The notes under the pieces were generated by a model. It ran no database searches and was not told the origin of the DNA. It worked only from the letters and a program-made list of their open reading frames with translations. The position numbers and the translations under genes were made by a program. From Candidatus Latescibacterota bacterium (GTDB lineage Bacteria > Latescibacterota > UBA2968 > UBA8231): 64,000 bases of DNA. Location of the stretch: positions 64,001 through 128,000 of the forward strand of contig CBDAOB010000002.1 of NCBI GenBank assembly GCA_965197905.1. The letters run 5' to 3'. Of the stretch, positions 40,308 to 50,051 are shown in pieces (the stretch's first letter is position 1; each line of letters begins with the position of its first letter).

Positions 40308-41675
40308 TCACTGTTTCGGCAAAATTATTGTGAATTCCGTACCATTCCCCACCTCACTGGCCACCGTCAGATCTCCGTTTAGGCTTCTTACAACATTGAA
40401 AGCGCTAGGTAGACTCGTATCCAAACTGACCCTCGAGTTTGTCGTGTCGAATCGCAACTCAAATAGATGGTCCACCTCTTCGGCGGGTATGCCTCTGCCA
40501 TCGTTGCATATCTTCACACAGACATGACCATTGTCAACGAATGTCCGAATTGTAACCTCACCCATGCCATTTATGTCGCCTACTGATCTGGACAGCACAC
40601 TCATGAAAACTTGATTGAGACGGTTGGGGTAGGACTTTATTGCAGGGATTTGCCCGTATTCTTTTGTGATCTTTATGTCTTCGCCAATCTCGTGTTGGAT
40701 GAGCGAGAGTGTGCTATCGATCCCGGAGTGGATGTCGGCCTCTTGAAATTCAGCTTCATCAAGCCGTGCAAAGTCCTTCAGGTTGTTTACAATCGTAGCA
40801 ATGCGCTCCGTGGCAGTGGCAATCACCTCGCTGTTATCCCGCATCATCTCTAACGACCTCTGGTACTGAGGGTCGTCTTGAATTTCTTGAGCGGTGCTGC
40901 GCAGCCTCACCATTTCAGCGACCTTTCCGAGGCAACGGCCACACACGTCTGCGGCGGCGCGCACTGCGCCGATAGGATTGTTGATCTCGTGTGCGATCCC
41001 AGCCGCAAGTGTTCCCAGAGTCGCCATTTTTTCCTTGAGAATAAGCTGATGTTGCATCTCCTGGAGCTGGTTCAACGTCGACTCCAGGGCTTGCTCCTTC
41101 TGCACTTGACCGACAAAGTACAGCACCGTGCCGAAGACTATGGCAGCAACGGCACCGATGTTCATGACGAAAAAGAGGCCGATCACCCAGGCGGATCTGT
41201 CTTCTTGCGGAGACATGTACTGCTCGGAAAGGCAGGACATAATCGCCACTAAGACGAACGCGGCAAACCAGACCTTGGCTTCGCCGACACCGCGAAAAAC
41301 CAAAATTGCTAACGGTGCCAGCAGGGACCACAGCATAACCGCTCCGGAGGCGGCGAAACCTCCCAAGGTCCACTGCAACAAGACTGGAACAAGCAGCATG
41401 AAAAACGCTGCGACATTGACGAAGACCGCGAAGTTCCTGGTCGCAAAAAATACAGCTATGCCGATTAGAATAACGGTTCCATAAGACAAGGGCAGCAGCG
41501 CCGCCACGCTTAGCCCAAGTGCAGCATACATCAGCGCCCACGGAACACAGCACAGACACTTGAGGAAGGTGATCAAAGTGAAAGTCCTCTTGCGCAGTCT
41601 GTCCTCACTCGAATCCGCAGGCTTGGCTACTGCTTGCTCAACATAGTTCGTCAGTTTCTCCCACGTCTTGTTCAT
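40308..41675 (-). CDS. membrane sensor histidine kinase-like protein with degenerate HATPase domain
   Basis: About 6 N-terminal TM segments; intact H-box LAAGIAHEINNP; N-box and G2-box are divergent. Confidence 0.8.
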   Translation of the reverse strand: MNKTWEKLTNYVEQAVAKPADSSEDRLRKRTFTLITFLKCLCCVPWALMYAALGLSVAALLPLSYGTVILIGIAVFFATRNFAVFVNVAAFFMLLVPVLLQWTLGGFAASGAVMLWSLLAPLAILVFRGVGEAKVWFAAFVLVAIMSCLSEQYMSPQEDRSAWVIGLFFVMNIGAVAAIVFGTVLYFVGQVQKEQALESTLNQLQEMQHQLILKEKMATLGTLAAGIAHEINNPIGAVRAAADVCGRCLGKVAEMVRLRSTAQEIQDDPQYQRSLEMMRDNSEVIATATERIATIVNNLKDFARLDEAEFQEADIHSGIDSTLSLIQHEIGEDIKITKEYGQIPAIKSYPNRLNQVFMSVLSRSVGDINGMGEVTIRTFVDNGHVCVKICNDGRGIPAEEVDHLFELRFDTTNSRVSLDTSLPSAFNVVRSLNGDLTVASEVGNGTEFTIILPKQ

Positions 41676-41994
41676 TGCAGGCCTTTCTCTATCGAATTCG
41701 ATTGCGGCCAGGGGCTAAATGCATCCATCTGCCCATAAGTTATTGAATTCGATCTTGTCGCACACATCCGCAGGGGAGTGCGGGGCATTGGGACCTCCGG
41801 GTCGCAGGATTCGTTCGTTGGACCGCGCCGGAGTGGCTGGATTAGGTCGATTCGCCGCTAGAGCAGCTGGTTCCTCTATCTGCGGGAACAGGACCGATGA
41901 CAGAAATTTCGTTCGGAGGCGGTGGAATGATGTCATCGGGTTCACTACGTTAGGCGCGGGTATACGAACACAAACCAGGGCGAGAGGAGCCGAA

Positions 41995-42384
41995 ATGCAG
42001 TTGGTTCGAATCAGCCTCATTGGCGCAATGCTGTTTCTGTTAGACTCCGCCGGCGCCGACGACACCATAAGTTTCAAGGTGCGGATCCAGCCCCGCGCCG
42101 ACCTCGGTGACTTCTCCTCAGGGTCGCGGGAAGATTACCGAACACAGCTCGACTTCTATATGCGCCGCAGCCGTCTGGAGCTCCTCGGCCGGCCCGTCGA
42201 TGGAGTTTATTACATTCTGGCGGTTTCGGGCGATCGCTGGGGCCAGCGCGGCGCTTCGGGTGGTGGCGATGTCGCCTACGCCTTCGTTAACTACCGGCTC
42301 GGGCCCTCTGTCGAGCTTCGCGCCGGGCTCGACGACGCCTCTTCGCGGACACTACTCCAGCTTCACAGCCAGCTCTACTTCTGA
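41995..42384 (+). pseudogene. short porin-like (OprO/P-like) protein, probably internally deleted
   Basis: GAGGAG RBS, signal peptide, RIQPR, FYMRRSRLEL.G, AYAFVNY..ELRAG, then abruptly QLHSQLYF*; only 129 aa. Confidence 0.55.
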
Positions 42385-42391
42385 TCCCGGC

Positions 42392-43780
42392 CTATTCGGT
42401 TGACGGGCGGTGCTGAATCCACAAGCTCGCGATGGTGGAGACAAGAGCCGAAGCTACTACCAGCGACAGCACCCGCATGAATCCATTCATCTCATCTGCA
42501 ACACCATACAGCATGGGCAGCGCGCTCGACCCAGCAATACTGCCGATGTAGCGAGAGGTCGAGAAGATGCCCGAGGCGGACCCTGATTGCTCCCTCCGCA
42601 CCGCTTCGAGCACGGCCGTCTGCAGGCCCGCCTGTGACAGACCGAGCCCAACTCCGGCTATTCCCAGCCCCATCAAAAGCACCCACAGATCGTTCGCACC
42701 GCCAAGTAGTCCGAGAGCTGCCATGCCAATGGTGAGTAGAAACAACCCGATGGTGGTCGGCCAGCGACGGCCCCAGCGATCGGCGAGCAAACCTCCAAAC
42801 GGTGCGCACACCACCGATGGCACCCACAGGGCGGATAGTACGAGGCCGATCTGGGGGCTCGACCAATCGGGCAGGTCGGCCAGCAACAGCGGAATGGCCA
42901 GGAAAGCCGTGTACATGGCCAGGTTGCTGAGTGCAACCCCCACATTGCCAGCGGCAAAGGTGACGTTGCGGAAGAATCGCGGCTGAAAGATTGGATCATC
43001 GTGGCGCGCCTCACGGCGCAGGAAATGCACGACCAACAACACGAGTAACCCGGCAATACCCCATGTCACGATCGTGGACTCGGTTGGTGCCGCGCCAGTC
43101 ATCAGTGCGGCAGCGCCTGACAGGATGACGAGAAGCTGAAGAGCGCCGATCAAATCGAACGGTGGACGACTTTTCTCGCCACGGAGACGGGGGAGCGCGC
43201 GGAGCGCAAGAAGCAGAGCCGGCAAGATGACGAAAACGTTTACGTAAAAAACCGATGGCCAGCCGAAGAATCGGATCAGCACCCCCCCGAGCGGAGGTCC
43301 GGCAGCAGCACCGAGGACGATAGCCGACCCCAGCAAACCGATGCGACTGGCACGGCGCTCGGCGGGAACCACTTCCCGCAAAAGCGCCATGCCATTCGGC
43401 ATCACGATAGCACCCGCGATGGCCTGTTGAATGCGAAAGATTATCAGCTCTGAGAAACTAGAGGCGGTACCGGCGGCCAGCGAAGCCAGCGCAAAATAAG
43501 CCAGGCCACCAATAATCAACGGTCGTCGACCGAAACGATCCCCCAACTTTCCGCCGACGGGGTGCAGGCCAGCCATGGTGATCAAGTAGGCGATCACCAA
43601 CCAGCTGCCCGACTCCAATTCGATGCTGAACTCCCCCATGATTGCCGGGAGAGCTACACCTATCATGGTCGAGTTCAGCGGCGCGAGCACCGTAGCCAGC
43701 GCCACTGTAAACAGAATTACTGTTTCGTTCCTTGGCGCCCCCAGGTCGGTTACGCCATGGCGCTCGCTTTCAGTCGACAA
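42392..43780 (-). CDS. MFS transporter, DHA2 drug:H+ antiporter-like (14 TM)
   Basis: LNSTMIGVALP, GKLGDRFGRR, GPPLGG.L, FDLIGA. Confidence 0.9.
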   Translation of the reverse strand: MSTESERHGVTDLGAPRNETVILFTVALATVLAPLNSTMIGVALPAIMGEFSIELESGSWLVIAYLITMAGLHPVGGKLGDRFGRRPLIIGGLAYFALASLAAGTASSFSELIIFRIQQAIAGAIVMPNGMALLREVVPAERRASRIGLLGSAIVLGAAAGPPLGGVLIRFFGWPSVFYVNVFVILPALLLALRALPRLRGEKSRPPFDLIGALQLLVILSGAAALMTGAAPTESTIVTWGIAGLLVLLVVHFLRREARHDDPIFQPRFFRNVTFAAGNVGVALSNLAMYTAFLAIPLLLADLPDWSSPQIGLVLSALWVPSVVCAPFGGLLADRWGRRWPTTIGLFLLTIGMAALGLLGGANDLWVLLMGLGIAGVGLGLSQAGLQTAVLEAVRREQSGSASGIFSTSRYIGSIAGSSALPMLYGVADEMNGFMRVLSLVVASALVSTIASLWIQHRPSTE

Positions 43781-45446
43781 TGCGGACGAGCCCGGCGTCG
43801 CCGTCCACTTCGGTCGTCTGGCCGTCGCCGATCTTCCTCGTGCCTACAGCGGTGCCGACAACGGCCGGGATCCGATACTCCCGCGCCACCACGGCACAGT
43901 GGCTGAGAATGCCGCCAGTATCGGTGACGATGGCCGCTGCGGTGGCGAACAGCGGGGTCCACGGCGGCGCTGTCGTCTCCGCCACCAGGACCTCCCCGAG
44001 CTTGAGCTTGTCCGCGTCATCCAGCGAGCGAATGACCCTCGCCGTTCCCCGAACTTTTCCAGGAGACCCGGCGTTTCCTTTCAGGGTATCCGGTGAGTCC
44101 GCCGGCTCCGGCGGCAGTCCGAAGAACTTGCCGAAGGCCATCGTGATCAAACTGGGGGGAGGGGGGCCGTAGTCCGTGCCCATGAACAGGGGCGGACTAA
44201 GCGCTCCGAAATGCTTCAGTTCTCGTCTCCGCTCGGAGACGAGACCAGTGTGGTCCGGTGCCGGGGAGGCCGCTGCCGCCGCAGAAATTTCAGCCATGTT
44301 CAGAAAGAAAACGTCCGTCGAGGTCGGGATGATGCCCGCGGTAGTCAGCCGTTGACCGAGTTCCATAACAACCTGCCGCACGCGATAGCAAGCGTTGAAA
44401 TCGATCCAGAAACCGTGATCTTCCGTCAGCACGATTGCGGCCGAAGCTGCGGCGAGCAGGGCTTCGAATTCGTCTCGAACATTCGCCGGATAACCTTGCA
44501 GCTGCTCCCTGGCGGCGGTGATGGCGCTGTCTCGCTCCGCGGCCCGTTCTCGCAGCTGCGTTTCGGGGTCATCATTTTGTTCCATGTAATCCTTCAAGTT
44601 CACGATGACCGGACTGGGGTCCTCGATCCAGCTGGTGTGGCAGATGCCCCACATCGATCCACGTTGTCCGTAGGCCGCAAGAAAATCGTCCAATTCCCTC
44701 AGGAATTTCCGTCCTGCGTCCGATTCCCCAAGCGCCTTTGTCACCTCCCCCGCGTCACGCCCTGCGACGACTGGTCGCACCACTTCGTCGCCCGCAGCCA
44801 TGCGACTCAGTCGCGACAGCGCCCTGCCTAACTCGAGCGACTTGTTGTCGAACCCCTCCAGCAGCTTCTGCGAACCGAAGCTCCCGTCCTCTGCGAAAAG
44901 GTCGTGATGCAGCTCGTCGAACAATGCTAGAGCCACGTAGACGGGAATTACGGTCTGAAAGTGAATCTCGAACACACGCATGGACTCTTCCCATACTTTT
45001 TCGAGATGGGTGACCAGCTCAGGGGTCGATGCCTGGGTCAAATCGAAGCTGTCCCATTTGTCGATCAGGCCCTTGATCTCGGGCAGCCACTCCTGGTCCC
45101 ACCGCTCCTGCAACCGGTGCACGGAGGCCATCACGATCTCGTCCGATTTCTTCCCCTGTTCGGCCATTTTTTCGTGAGGCACGGATGGAAAAACGCCGAA
45201 GTACACCCAATAGTTGAAGACCTTGACGACGGCCTGGACAGGCATCTCGTAATGGACCATGGCCAGATGCAGACCGTGCATGAAGCGAGTCCAGAATTCA
45301 CTCTCCAACGGCGGCATGGCGTCCGGGAAGTGCATCTTGTCGAGTTGCCACGGGATCTTCTGCTCGTCCGGCGACGACCACTCGACCGGGAAGTCCTTTT
45401 GTAGTGGAAGGGTTACGGGTTCGGGTGGACGTCCAGGTTCAGCCAT
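43770..45446 (-). CDS. PEP-utilising enzyme: substrate-binding domain + phospho-His swivel domain (Rph C-terminal/phenylphosphate synthase alpha-like)
   Basis: WQLDKMHFP, FLAAYGQRG, GSPGKVRG, TAPPWTPLF, TDTGGILSHCAVVAREY; AAAGGA RBS before ATG 45446. Confidence 0.85.
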   Translation of the reverse strand: MAEPGRPPEPVTLPLQKDFPVEWSSPDEQKIPWQLDKMHFPDAMPPLESEFWTRFMHGLHLAMVHYEMPVQAVVKVFNYWVYFGVFPSVPHEKMAEQGKKSDEIVMASVHRLQERWDQEWLPEIKGLIDKWDSFDLTQASTPELVTHLEKVWEESMRVFEIHFQTVIPVYVALALFDELHHDLFAEDGSFGSQKLLEGFDNKSLELGRALSRLSRMAAGDEVVRPVVAGRDAGEVTKALGESDAGRKFLRELDDFLAAYGQRGSMWGICHTSWIEDPSPVIVNLKDYMEQNDDPETQLRERAAERDSAITAAREQLQGYPANVRDEFEALLAAASAAIVLTEDHGFWIDFNACYRVRQVVMELGQRLTTAGIIPTSTDVFFLNMAEISAAAAASPAPDHTGLVSERRRELKHFGALSPPLFMGTDYGPPPPSLITMAFGKFFGLPPEPADSPDTLKGNAGSPGKVRGTARVIRSLDDADKLKLGEVLVAETTAPPWTPLFATAAAIVTDTGGILSHCAVVAREYRIPAVVGTAVGTRKIGDGQTTEVDGDAGLVRIVD

Positions 45447-45463
45447 GATCGGTCCTTTCTCTC

Positions 45464-46348
45464 TCAGGTTTGATCCGGTTCGATAAGTGTCGTTATCAAT
45501 CGACATTGCAACAGGTAGAGCTCGTCGCCTTTGAAGGCGCTCTCCACATCGACGGGCCAGCCCATTTTCTCCTCGAGACCGATGGCAAGTTTCGCCATGG
45601 AAACCGCTTGCTCTTCGGAGATCGTCGGCTGCGAGCGCATGAACCTCGGAACGGATACCTCCTTAGTGCCTCCCGGGACCATTACCGTCATACAATCCTT
45701 CTCAGATATGCGAGATTCCGTTATTGAAAGATCCTGTTTGCTGACGACAAAGGTGTCCGGGCTGACCGTTCCTCCTACTATGCTCTCTCCCAACCCCCAG
45801 CTGGAGTTGATAACGACTTCTTCTTGATTGTGGCTTACTGGATTGGCGCTGAAGATTACCGCCGCCGAATCCGCGGGCACGAGTTGCTGCACAAGGACGG
45901 CCATTTCGATGTCTTCAGACAAGAGTCCGTAGCGTTCCCTGTAGTCCATCACTTGATCGGAGCGCGTCGACTGCCAACAGCGCACCACGGCATCGGCAAT
46001 TGCCTGCGTGCCCTCCAGGTTCAGGTAGGTCTCATACTGACCGGCAAAAGATGCAAAACGACCGTCTTCATCGATGGCGGAAGAACGCACCGCAACGCTG
46101 GGTTGATCAGCGTCGCAGCGCAGGGCCATCTCGGCGTACAATTCATCTAGCTGGCGTAGAAGCTCCGGCGGTATCTCCCCTGAATCGCCTTCTTCGCATT
46201 GAGCCCACTGCCGAAATGCCGCGGTTGTCAGGCAGAATCCGGGGGGGACACGATGTTCCGCCGCCAGCCGGCTCAGATTGGCAACCTTGCCGCCAACAGA
46301 AGAGACATCCTGACATTCTGCCTGATCGAGCCAAATAATCTGCGCCAT
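45464..46348 (-). CDS. stand-alone PEP/pyruvate-binding ATP-grasp domain (PPDK_N; phenylphosphate synthase beta-like)
   Basis: VGGKVANL, VPPGFCLT, VAVRSSA..ED..SFAGQYETYL, WGLGESIVGG, LLQCRLIT. Confidence 0.88.
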   Translation of the reverse strand: MAQIIWLDQAECQDVSSVGGKVANLSRLAAEHRVPPGFCLTTAAFRQWAQCEEGDSGEIPPELLRQLDELYAEMALRCDADQPSVAVRSSAIDEDGRFASFAGQYETYLNLEGTQAIADAVVRCWQSTRSDQVMDYRERYGLLSEDIEMAVLVQQLVPADSAAVIFSANPVSHNQEEVVINSSWGLGESIVGGTVSPDTFVVSKQDLSITESRISEKDCMTVMVPGGTKEVSVPRFMRSQPTISEEQAVSMAKLAIGLEEKMGWPVDVESAFKGDELYLLQCRLITTLIEPDQT

Positions 46349-46653
46349 GTGGTGCCAGACCTAGTTCGAGACCCCGGGTATTGCAGGAAGAATAAAGGAA
46401 CTTTCGCGCGAGGACCGCAAACATGCGGCACGGCCAATTTGGAGCCACCGTCGATGCGAACGGTTTTCTGGGTACATAGATTACGTGGGAGAGGAACCTA
46501 CGGTGTCAGGCCGAATAGGTAACGAGACCGTCACCTGCTTGGCCCAGCATCCATCGTCTTCTCCATGTGTGGTAGCTTGTTCGTTCTTGAACCACAAGCA
46601 GGTTGCAATCTGGTGCGATAACATGCCACCCGCGCCGTTGGTAGGGCAATCGG

Positions 46654-47424
46654 CTACCGATCGCACACTTCAAAGGCCTGGCGCAACGCCGCCACCACTT
46701 CCCCCTTCGGGATGAATTCGTGGCCCACATATCCATTGTAGGCTGACGCCGATATAGCGCTGCAAACGGCGGCGTAGTTGATCTCCTGCTCGTCGTCCAA
46801 GTCATTTCGACCAGGATTTCCGGCAGTGTGGATATGACCGATAGATTCGATATTCTCCGTCAACGTGCGGATGATATCCCCCTCCATGATCTGCATATGG
46901 TAGATATCGTAGAGCAGCTTGACCCGAGGGCTGTCAACCAGCTTCACGACTTCCAGGCCCCAGGCGGTATGGTCGCACTGGTACCCCTTGTGATTCACCC
47001 GGGAATTCAGCAGCTCCAGATTCAGATCGATGCCCCGCTCCTCCGCGTACGGCGCCGCTCGCTTCAAACCCTCGGCGGTGACCTCGATAGCCGCTCCGTC
47101 GCTCAAACCTTTGATGCGGTCTCCGCTGAAACAGATCAATCCCTGCAAACCATGGTCGGCTGCGAGATCGACAGAGAGCCTCAACTCTGCTTCGATGCTG
47201 TCGTGGCAGGAGCGGTCATTGAGCTCGCGTGTGTCGTGGCCGATCATGCTTACCATCCGCAGGCCATGACGTTCCGCGTCCTTGCACAGCGTTTCGAAGT
47301 AGTCGTCTCGGCGCCAGATTTCCACAGCCGGATAGCCGATGGCGGCGATCTGGGCAAGAAGGTCGTCCAGGCCGATCGAATCAAGCGGCAGCATCGGCAG
47401 GCAGACAGATTGTTGAATCGTCAT
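46654..47424 (-). CDS. hydroxypyruvate isomerase (Hyi) family TIM-barrel protein
   Basis: ICFSGDR, LELLNSRVNHKGYQCD, KLLYDIYHMQIMEGD, HTAGNPGR, GHEFIP. Confidence 0.9.
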   Translation of the reverse strand: MTIQQSVCLPMLPLDSIGLDDLLAQIAAIGYPAVEIWRRDDYFETLCKDAERHGLRMVSMIGHDTRELNDRSCHDSIEAELRLSVDLAADHGLQGLICFSGDRIKGLSDGAAIEVTAEGLKRAAPYAEERGIDLNLELLNSRVNHKGYQCDHTAWGLEVVKLVDSPRVKLLYDIYHMQIMEGDIIRTLTENIESIGHIHTAGNPGRNDLDDEQEINYAAVCSAISASAYNGYVGHEFIPKGEVVAALRQAFEVCDR

Positions 47425-47450
47425 CTAGTGTCCTGTCGCGTTAATCAATT
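47425..47450 (-). mobile_element. possible isolated IS630-family terminal remnant
   Basis: Minus strand reads ...TTGATTAACGCGACAGGACACTAG (LINATGH*), resembling IS630 ends where the transposase stop falls in a terminal CTAG; no other IS sequence nearby. Confidence 0.35.
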
Positions 47451-47535
47451 TGACCCTGCGAGCACCATATGCGAAATTGCTCCTTCTGTTACACCAACAA
47501 CGCCATCACAATTCTAGAAATATAGTCGAGGTCAT

Positions 47536-48315
47536 ATGAGCGCCATAGTGCCGGAAAATATCTGTAAATCAAAACTGGGGAAAGGCCAGTTTGTTCTCGG
47601 GACGATGCTCGTTCACACGCGACAACCGGTTGTCATGAATATCCTTGCTCAAGCCGGCTATGACTTCGTAATCATCGACAACGAGCACGGCGTCTTCACC
47701 AATGAGACGATTTCCGATCTTTCCGTAGCTGCCCGCAATGCCCTGGTCACGCCGATGGTGCGGATAACCGACGGCACCTACACGCAGATCGCCCAGGCTT
47801 TGGACGGCGGTGTGCAGGGTATCATGTTGCCGCGGGTCTACACCGTGGATCAGGTGGAAAACGTGGCGAATATCATGAAGTACCCGCCGGTGGGAGCGCG
47901 GGGATGTGCCACCGGCCGCGCCAACAACGATTTTCAACGCGCCGACGTTGGGGAGTTCATGGAAGGCATGAATCGCGAAAGCATGTTGATCGTACAGGTC
48001 GAAACGGCGGAGATCCTCGACCGCTTGGACGAGGTTGCCGCGGTTCCGGCGGTGGATGTGCTGTTCGTTGGGCCGAACGATCTCTCGATCGCTTTCGGCG
48101 TGCCCGGGCAGATCAAGGACTCCCGCGTAACCGACGCGTGCGAGAAAGTCATCGAAACCTGCGTGAACCACGGAAAGACGCCGGCGTTGCAGGTCAACGC
48201 CGCCGAAGATCTGGCAGGCTGGCGCGACCGCGGCATGCACATGCTCAGCGGTGGCAGCGAGATGGGATTCTTGGGGGCGGGCGCTCGTCTCTTCTCGGCG
48301 CCGCTAAAGGGTTAG
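47536..48315 (+). CDS. HpcH/HpaI aldolase family protein
   Basis: GYDFVIIDNEHG, LDGGVQGIMLP, YPPVGARG, QVET, LFVGPNDLS. Confidence 0.92.
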   Translation: MSAIVPENICKSKLGKGQFVLGTMLVHTRQPVVMNILAQAGYDFVIIDNEHGVFTNETISDLSVAARNALVTPMVRITDGTYTQIAQALDGGVQGIMLPRVYTVDQVENVANIMKYPPVGARGCATGRANNDFQRADVGEFMEGMNRESMLIVQVETAEILDRLDEVAAVPAVDVLFVGPNDLSIAFGVPGQIKDSRVTDACEKVIETCVNHGKTPALQVNAAEDLAGWRDRGMHMLSGGSEMGFLGAGARLFSAPLKG

Positions 48316-48387
48316 TGCACATAGGCAATCGACATGACATCACCGAGATGTGCAACGCCTATCAAAGCTGAGCGGAGGTTCTGAGAG

Positions 48388-49110
48388 ATGCGACCTATCT
48401 TCGTAGGCATCGAATACGCCGGCAAAACGACCCTGATCCATCAGCTCGAGCAGTACTATCATCGCCGTGGCCTCTCCACCCACAACGATGACCACTTCAC
48501 CATACCGGACAAACACCTAGGACCCGAGTCGAAAGAGTTGATGGTCGGTTTCCCGGACGATGTGAAGGAGCGCATGCAACGCATGCAGATCCACTACCAC
48601 ATCGAGATCATCAAGAAGTTCGAGCATCCCATGGTGGCCGGCTGGCATATCGAGGAAGCCGTCTATTCAGGGTTTTACGGTGACGATCGGGACCATCCAT
48701 ATTATCCCACCTACATCTACGACTTCCAGCGGCTCTACGAATCAGCGGTCGTCGAGGCGCAATTACGGGACGTGGTGCTGATTCACGTCACCGCCAGCGA
48801 CGAGGAAATCCGTCAGCGTATGCAGGCGGATCCGCACGAGTTTCAGATCATCCGCGAGGCGGACATCGGTGCCATTAAGGAGCACTTCGACGAGGAGGTG
48901 GCGAAGTCCCTGTTCACCCACCAGCACCGCAAAATAGTTCTCGATACCACCGGGAAGACGCCTGAACAATCTCTGGACGACCTCCTGTTGGCCACCGAAC
49001 CGCTGGTCACCACGGCGGAGCTGGCCATACGTTCGCTGCCAGTTCCAAACGGGGAGTTCGAGGTGCGTTACGAGGGCGGCGTGCGCAAGACGATCCCGAA
49101 GGATTCATAG
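48388..49110 (+). CDS. hypothetical P-loop NTPase (thymidylate/nucleoside kinase-like fold)
   Basis: N-terminal IFVGIEYAGKTT Walker A; VLIHVTAS..IRQR; IVLDTT. Confidence 0.7.
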   Translation: MRPIFVGIEYAGKTTLIHQLEQYYHRRGLSTHNDDHFTIPDKHLGPESKELMVGFPDDVKERMQRMQIHYHIEIIKKFEHPMVAGWHIEEAVYSGFYGDDRDHPYYPTYIYDFQRLYESAVVEAQLRDVVLIHVTASDEEIRQRMQADPHEFQIIREADIGAIKEHFDEEVAKSLFTHQHRKIVLDTTGKTPEQSLDDLLLATEPLVTTAELAIRSLPVPNGEFEVRYEGGVRKTIPKDS

Positions 49111-49233
49111 ACGGACCGATCGGCGGGCAGTCGCATGCTCTGCGCGTCGGCTGAGTTCAAACTAGGTCAGAAGACATCCCTGGCAAACTTCGAATTCCGA
49201 TAGCGGGCGATGACACGCCCGCGGGGAGACCAG

Positions 49234-50040
49234 ATGCCGTACGAAACACATTTCTACAATTCGCGCTGGTGGATTACCATGGACGGCAAGCTGCTAGCCG
49301 GGTACAACGCCAACGACCTCCGTCCATACGTTTTCCCGTACTACAGCCCCAAGGGCGCACTGGTACTGCAGGAGTCGCCGCCCGATCATCCCCATCATCA
49401 GGGGATCTATGTGGGGCTGGAGGTCGACGGCCACGATATCTGGAACGCCGGTTCCTTTGGAAATGCGAGACACCGCCAGGATATGGAACAAAAGTTAGAA
49501 GACCTGAAACCGCAGATTGATGACACCGGCGTGACCCTGTCGCATAGGGTCTCCTGGAAAACCGAAGGTGGCGAGTTGCTCCTATCCGAAGACCGTAGAA
49601 TCCGCTTTAGCAACACCGGGTTTTTCAATCTGGTGAGCTGGCATTCCACCTTCACCGCCGTCGGGCCCACCGAGCTTGGCAAAACCAAGGAGTCCGGAAT
49701 CGGTGTTCGCGTGCCGCCCCACTGGGAGACGCGATGGGGTGGGGAGATCCGCAATGCCGAGGGCCTGGTGGGAGAGGAGAACACCTTCGACAAGATGTCG
49801 AACTGGGTTAATGTGCAGGGAGCCGCAATCGGTCAGGAGAAAGCCGGGGTGATTCTTCGCCCGTTACCTGAGTCGGAGTCCTGCCCCTGGTTCACGCGAG
49901 ACTACGGTCCGCAAGTCTACAACCCGCTGCGTCACCACAACCTGGAGCTCAGCGACGGCGATAGCTTCAGCTGGGATCTGGAGGTGGCTGCTTACGACGG
50001 CAACCGTTCGATCGCCGACATCGAGACTCTTCTCGTGTAG
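49234..50040 (+). CDS. PmoA-like/DUF6807 family protein (carbohydrate-associated, not pMMO)
   Basis: RPYVFP, SPPDHPHHQGIY, GIGVRVP, WFTRDYG. Confidence 0.75.
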   Translation: MPYETHFYNSRWWITMDGKLLAGYNANDLRPYVFPYYSPKGALVLQESPPDHPHHQGIYVGLEVDGHDIWNAGSFGNARHRQDMEQKLEDLKPQIDDTGVTLSHRVSWKTEGGELLLSEDRRIRFSNTGFFNLVSWHSTFTAVGPTELGKTKESGIGVRVPPHWETRWGGEIRNAEGLVGEENTFDKMSNWVNVQGAAIGQEKAGVILRPLPESESCPWFTRDYGPQVYNPLRHHNLELSDGDSFSWDLEVAAYDGNRSIADIETLLV

Positions 50041-50051
50041 TCGGGGTATCC

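Noticed and set aside
41894..41955. CCGATGACA/TGTCATCGG inverted repeat and GTTAGGC as an integron attC site or riboswitch
   Set aside because: No matching RYYYAAC inverse core at a suitable distance, no integrase, no recognisable riboswitch consensus
43770..46348. Frameshifted phosphoenolpyruvate synthase (ppsA)
   Set aside because: No C-terminal PEP/pyruvate TIM barrel; domain order is Rph-like; the second gene has its own RBS
46481..46624. Functional VOC/PhnB-like small gene
   Set aside because: Similarity is limited to the first ~15 residues (IATCLWF); too weak for a feature, noted only as a possible remnant
49234..50040. PmoA-like label as evidence of methane oxidation
   Set aside because: Soluble DUF6807-type protein with no TM helices and no pmoB/pmoC; carbohydrate gene context
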